Source: an uncultured Pseudomonadota bacterium (GTDB lineage: Bacteria; Pseudomonadota; Alphaproteobacteria; Rs-D84; CACZYB01). Taken from it: 64,000 nucleotides of DNA. Below the pieces are notes generated by a model. It did not search any database. It saw only the letters and a program-made list of their open reading frames with translations, and had not been told where the DNA came from. The DNA lies in contig CACZYB010000002.1 in assembly GCA_902785275.1 (NCBI GenBank), forward strand, positions 1 to 64,000, read 5' to 3'. Below, in pieces: positions 62,026 through 64,000 of this stretch; within the stretch, counting starts at the first letter, position 1, and every line of letters begins with the position of its first letter. The position numbers and the translations under genes were made by a program.

Positions 62026-62871
62026 ATGGCTGGAATTATGGAAGGCAAAAAAGGTATAATTTTTGGAGTAGCAAATGATCACTCTATGGCTTGGGGTATT
62101 GCAAAGATTTTGCACGACCAAGGCGCAGAAGTTGCTCTTAACTATATGGGCGATATTATGGAAAAACGTGTTCGTCCATTGGGTGAAAGCATTAACGCTC
62201 CTGTTATCATGCCTGCAAACGTTCAAGATGATGCTTCTTTGGATGCATTCTTTGCAGAAGTAGAAAAGAAATTTGGTAAAATTGATTTCTTGCTTCATGC
62301 TGTTGCATTCTCAAACAAAGAAGAACTTTCAGGACTTTATGTTGAAAAAACAACACGTGAAAACTTTAAAAATACAATGGATATTTCAGTATATTCATTC
62401 TGTGATCTTTGCCGTCGTGCATCAAAAATTATGAACGAAGGCGGTTCATGTTTGACACTTACATATCTTGGTGGCGAATATTACATTCCAAACTATAACG
62501 TAATGGGTGTTGCAAAGGCTGCTTTGGATGCATCTGTACGTTACCTTGCATCTGATTTGGGAAATAAAGGTATCCGTGTAAACGCAATTTCCGCTGGTCC
62601 AATTAAGACTTTAGCTGCAAGTGGTATTGATGACTTCTCTTTAATGCAAAAATGGAACGCATACAACACATTCCTTGGTAGAAATATGACATTAGAAGAT
62701 GTTTCAAAGACAGGTCTTTTCATGTTGTCTGATCTTTCAAGTGGTGTTACAGGTGAAGTTTTGCATTGTGATTGTGGTTACCATGCACAAGGAATGGTTA
62801 ACCTTGACCACATCGCTGAATCTGGTGAACTTTTAACCCAATTTGCAGAAAGACTTGCAAAGAAAGATTAA
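62026..62871 (+). CDS. fabI: Enoyl-ACP reductase (NADH)
   Basis: GVANDHSMAWGIA, YNVMGVAKAAL, ISAGPIKTLAA. Confidence 0.96.
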   Translation: MAGIMEGKKGIIFGVANDHSMAWGIAKILHDQGAEVALNYMGDIMEKRVRPLGESINAPVIMPANVQDDASLDAFFAEVEKKFGKIDFLLHAVAFSNKEELSGLYVEKTTRENFKNTMDISVYSFCDLCRRASKIMNEGGSCLTLTYLGGEYYIPNYNVMGVAKAALDASVRYLASDLGNKGIRVNAISAGPIKTLAASGIDDFSLMQKWNAYNTFLGRNMTLEDVSKTGLFMLSDLSSGVTGEVLHCDCGYHAQGMVNLDHIAESGELLTQFAERLAKKD

Positions 62872-62896
62872 TTGAATCTTATTTGGTTTTAATTTC

Positions 62897-62928
62897 AAAA
62901 AAACTCTCATTTTTATGGGAGTTTTTTT
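62897..62928 (+). terminator. Terminator after fabI
   Basis: AAAAAACTCTCAT-TTTT-ATGGGAGTTTTTT. Confidence 0.7.
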
Positions 62929-62982
62929 ATTGTCAAATACTCAATTTTGTGTTATAATATCCTCAAACTATGGAGAGATAAT

Positions 62983-64000
62983 ATGAAAAAAAGTATATAT
63001 GTAGCTTTATTTACATCTGTTTTTTTAACTTCTGCTATTGTTGCAAATGCCGGTCGTGGTAGTAATAATGGTAAAAAATCTGTTCGTGCTGGAAGCACAA
63101 GACGTTCTTCTGTTGCAAAACGTGCCTCTGCAATAAGCGCTGTTACAAAGGCTGCAGCAACTACAGCAACAACTGAAACAACAGAAACTAAAAAAACAAC
63201 CAAAGCAAAAGATGCACAGGAATGCGAAAAGATCTTTTTCGATTGTATGGATACAAAAACTCGTGAATCTCTTATGGCAAACGAAGCTTTGTATACTGAT
63301 TATGAAGATATGGTTTCCGAATTTTATTCTGGTATGAAGACACCTGTTTTCAAATGTATTTATTCAGATGATGTTCGTGGCCTTTATTCAAAATATAACT
63401 ATGGTTTCGAACTTTCCGATTCATCAAGCCGTATCGAAAAAATTCGCCGTAATTCCACATACTATTATATGTACTTAAAGGAAAACGCAACAAACGTTGT
63501 AAACAGATCTCTTTTAATTCAACAGGTTGACAGTGATGTTCTTTCTATTGCTGGTGTTGAAAAGTCAGTAGAAGGTCAAAGTAATCCTGAACTTTGGGAT
63601 GTGTCATATTCAATTCTTTCTGTACAACCAAAAGTATTATGGAAAGAAAATGTTGCATACTGTACTAATCCAAAACAAAACGAAGAACTTGAAGGTTGTC
63701 CAAAATTAAAATCTGATGCTCCTGAAAAATGGTTAAGTAACATACCAACAAAAAAGCAAAGCTGTGCTGATTATGAAACATTCTTGAAAAATACATTATC
63801 AAGGGCAAAATCAGATTCAACAAAGTACATTCAAACACTTCGTCCAAAACTTGAATCTCTTATTGATGAATACAATCTTAAAACAGATGCAGAAAAAGAA
63901 CTTGCCCTTTTGGATTTAAAACAAAAAGAAGAAGATGGTCTTAAAAATCTAAAGGAAGAATGTCAAAAATCTACATACAATATTTGTAAAAAAGCTGTTA
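62983..64000 (+). CDS. Secreted hypothetical protein, 3'-truncated by the window
   Basis: GGAG RBS; MKKSIYVALFTSVFLTSAIVANA signal, Ala/Thr-rich linker, CxxxxxxCMD; open to the window end. Confidence 0.75.
   Translation, partial: MKKSIYVALFTSVFLTSAIVANAGRGSNNGKKSVRAGSTRRSSVAKRASAISAVTKAAATTATTETTETKKTTKAKDAQECEKIFFDCMDTKTRESLMANEALYTDYEDMVSEFYSGMKTPVFKCIYSDDVRGLYSKYNYGFELSDSSSRIEKIRRNSTYYYMYLKENATNVVNRSLLIQQVDSDVLSIAGVEKSVEGQSNPELWDVSYSILSVQPKVLWKENVAYCTNPKQNEELEGCPKLKSDAPEKWLSNIPTKKQSCADYETFLKNTLSRAKSDSTKYIQTLRPKLESLIDEYNLKTDAEKELALLDLKQKEEDGLKNLKEECQKSTYNICKKAV

Noticed and set aside
62952-63203. 83-aa - strand ORF
   Set aside because: Antisense to the signal-peptide ORF starting at 62983

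Overview
AT-rich chromosomal window, most likely from a host-associated Alphaproteobacterium (DUF3126 gene, alpha-like dcw/ctpA/fabI/glgA). Left part: a Cys-rich surface-protein tail, a 984-aa tandem MurE-MurE fusion divergently paired with an atypical Alr-family racemase, an RgpF-like gene split by a frameshift in a G7 tract, ctpA, and a dcw cluster (mraZ-rsmH-ftsL-ftsI-mraY-murD-ftsW-murG-murC-murB) with no murE or murF inside it. Middle (about 22.7-43.1 kb): a ~20 kb element integrated at tRNA-Thr(TGT), with a degenerate att repeat and arm-type tandem repeats at both ends. It carries a tyrosine integrase, Hsp20, an LMW phosphatase, a type I R-M system with an inserted gene, DUF2130, a large ABC-type ATPase, a HEPN-like protein, an SF3 helicase beside an AT-rich putative origin and an isolated GC-rich patch, and RhuM-Fic. 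No capsid, terminase or relaxase is visible. Right part: tandem paralogous membrane proteins, infC, tRNA-Cys, LOG, typA, SRP RNA, an alpha/beta hydrolase plus membrane-anchored MurF, a spirochete/archaeal-type class I LysRS, glgA and fabI. The strongest novelty candidates are a rewired peptidoglycan stem-peptide pathway and the satellite-like defence island. All calls come from reading motifs by eye; no searches were run.
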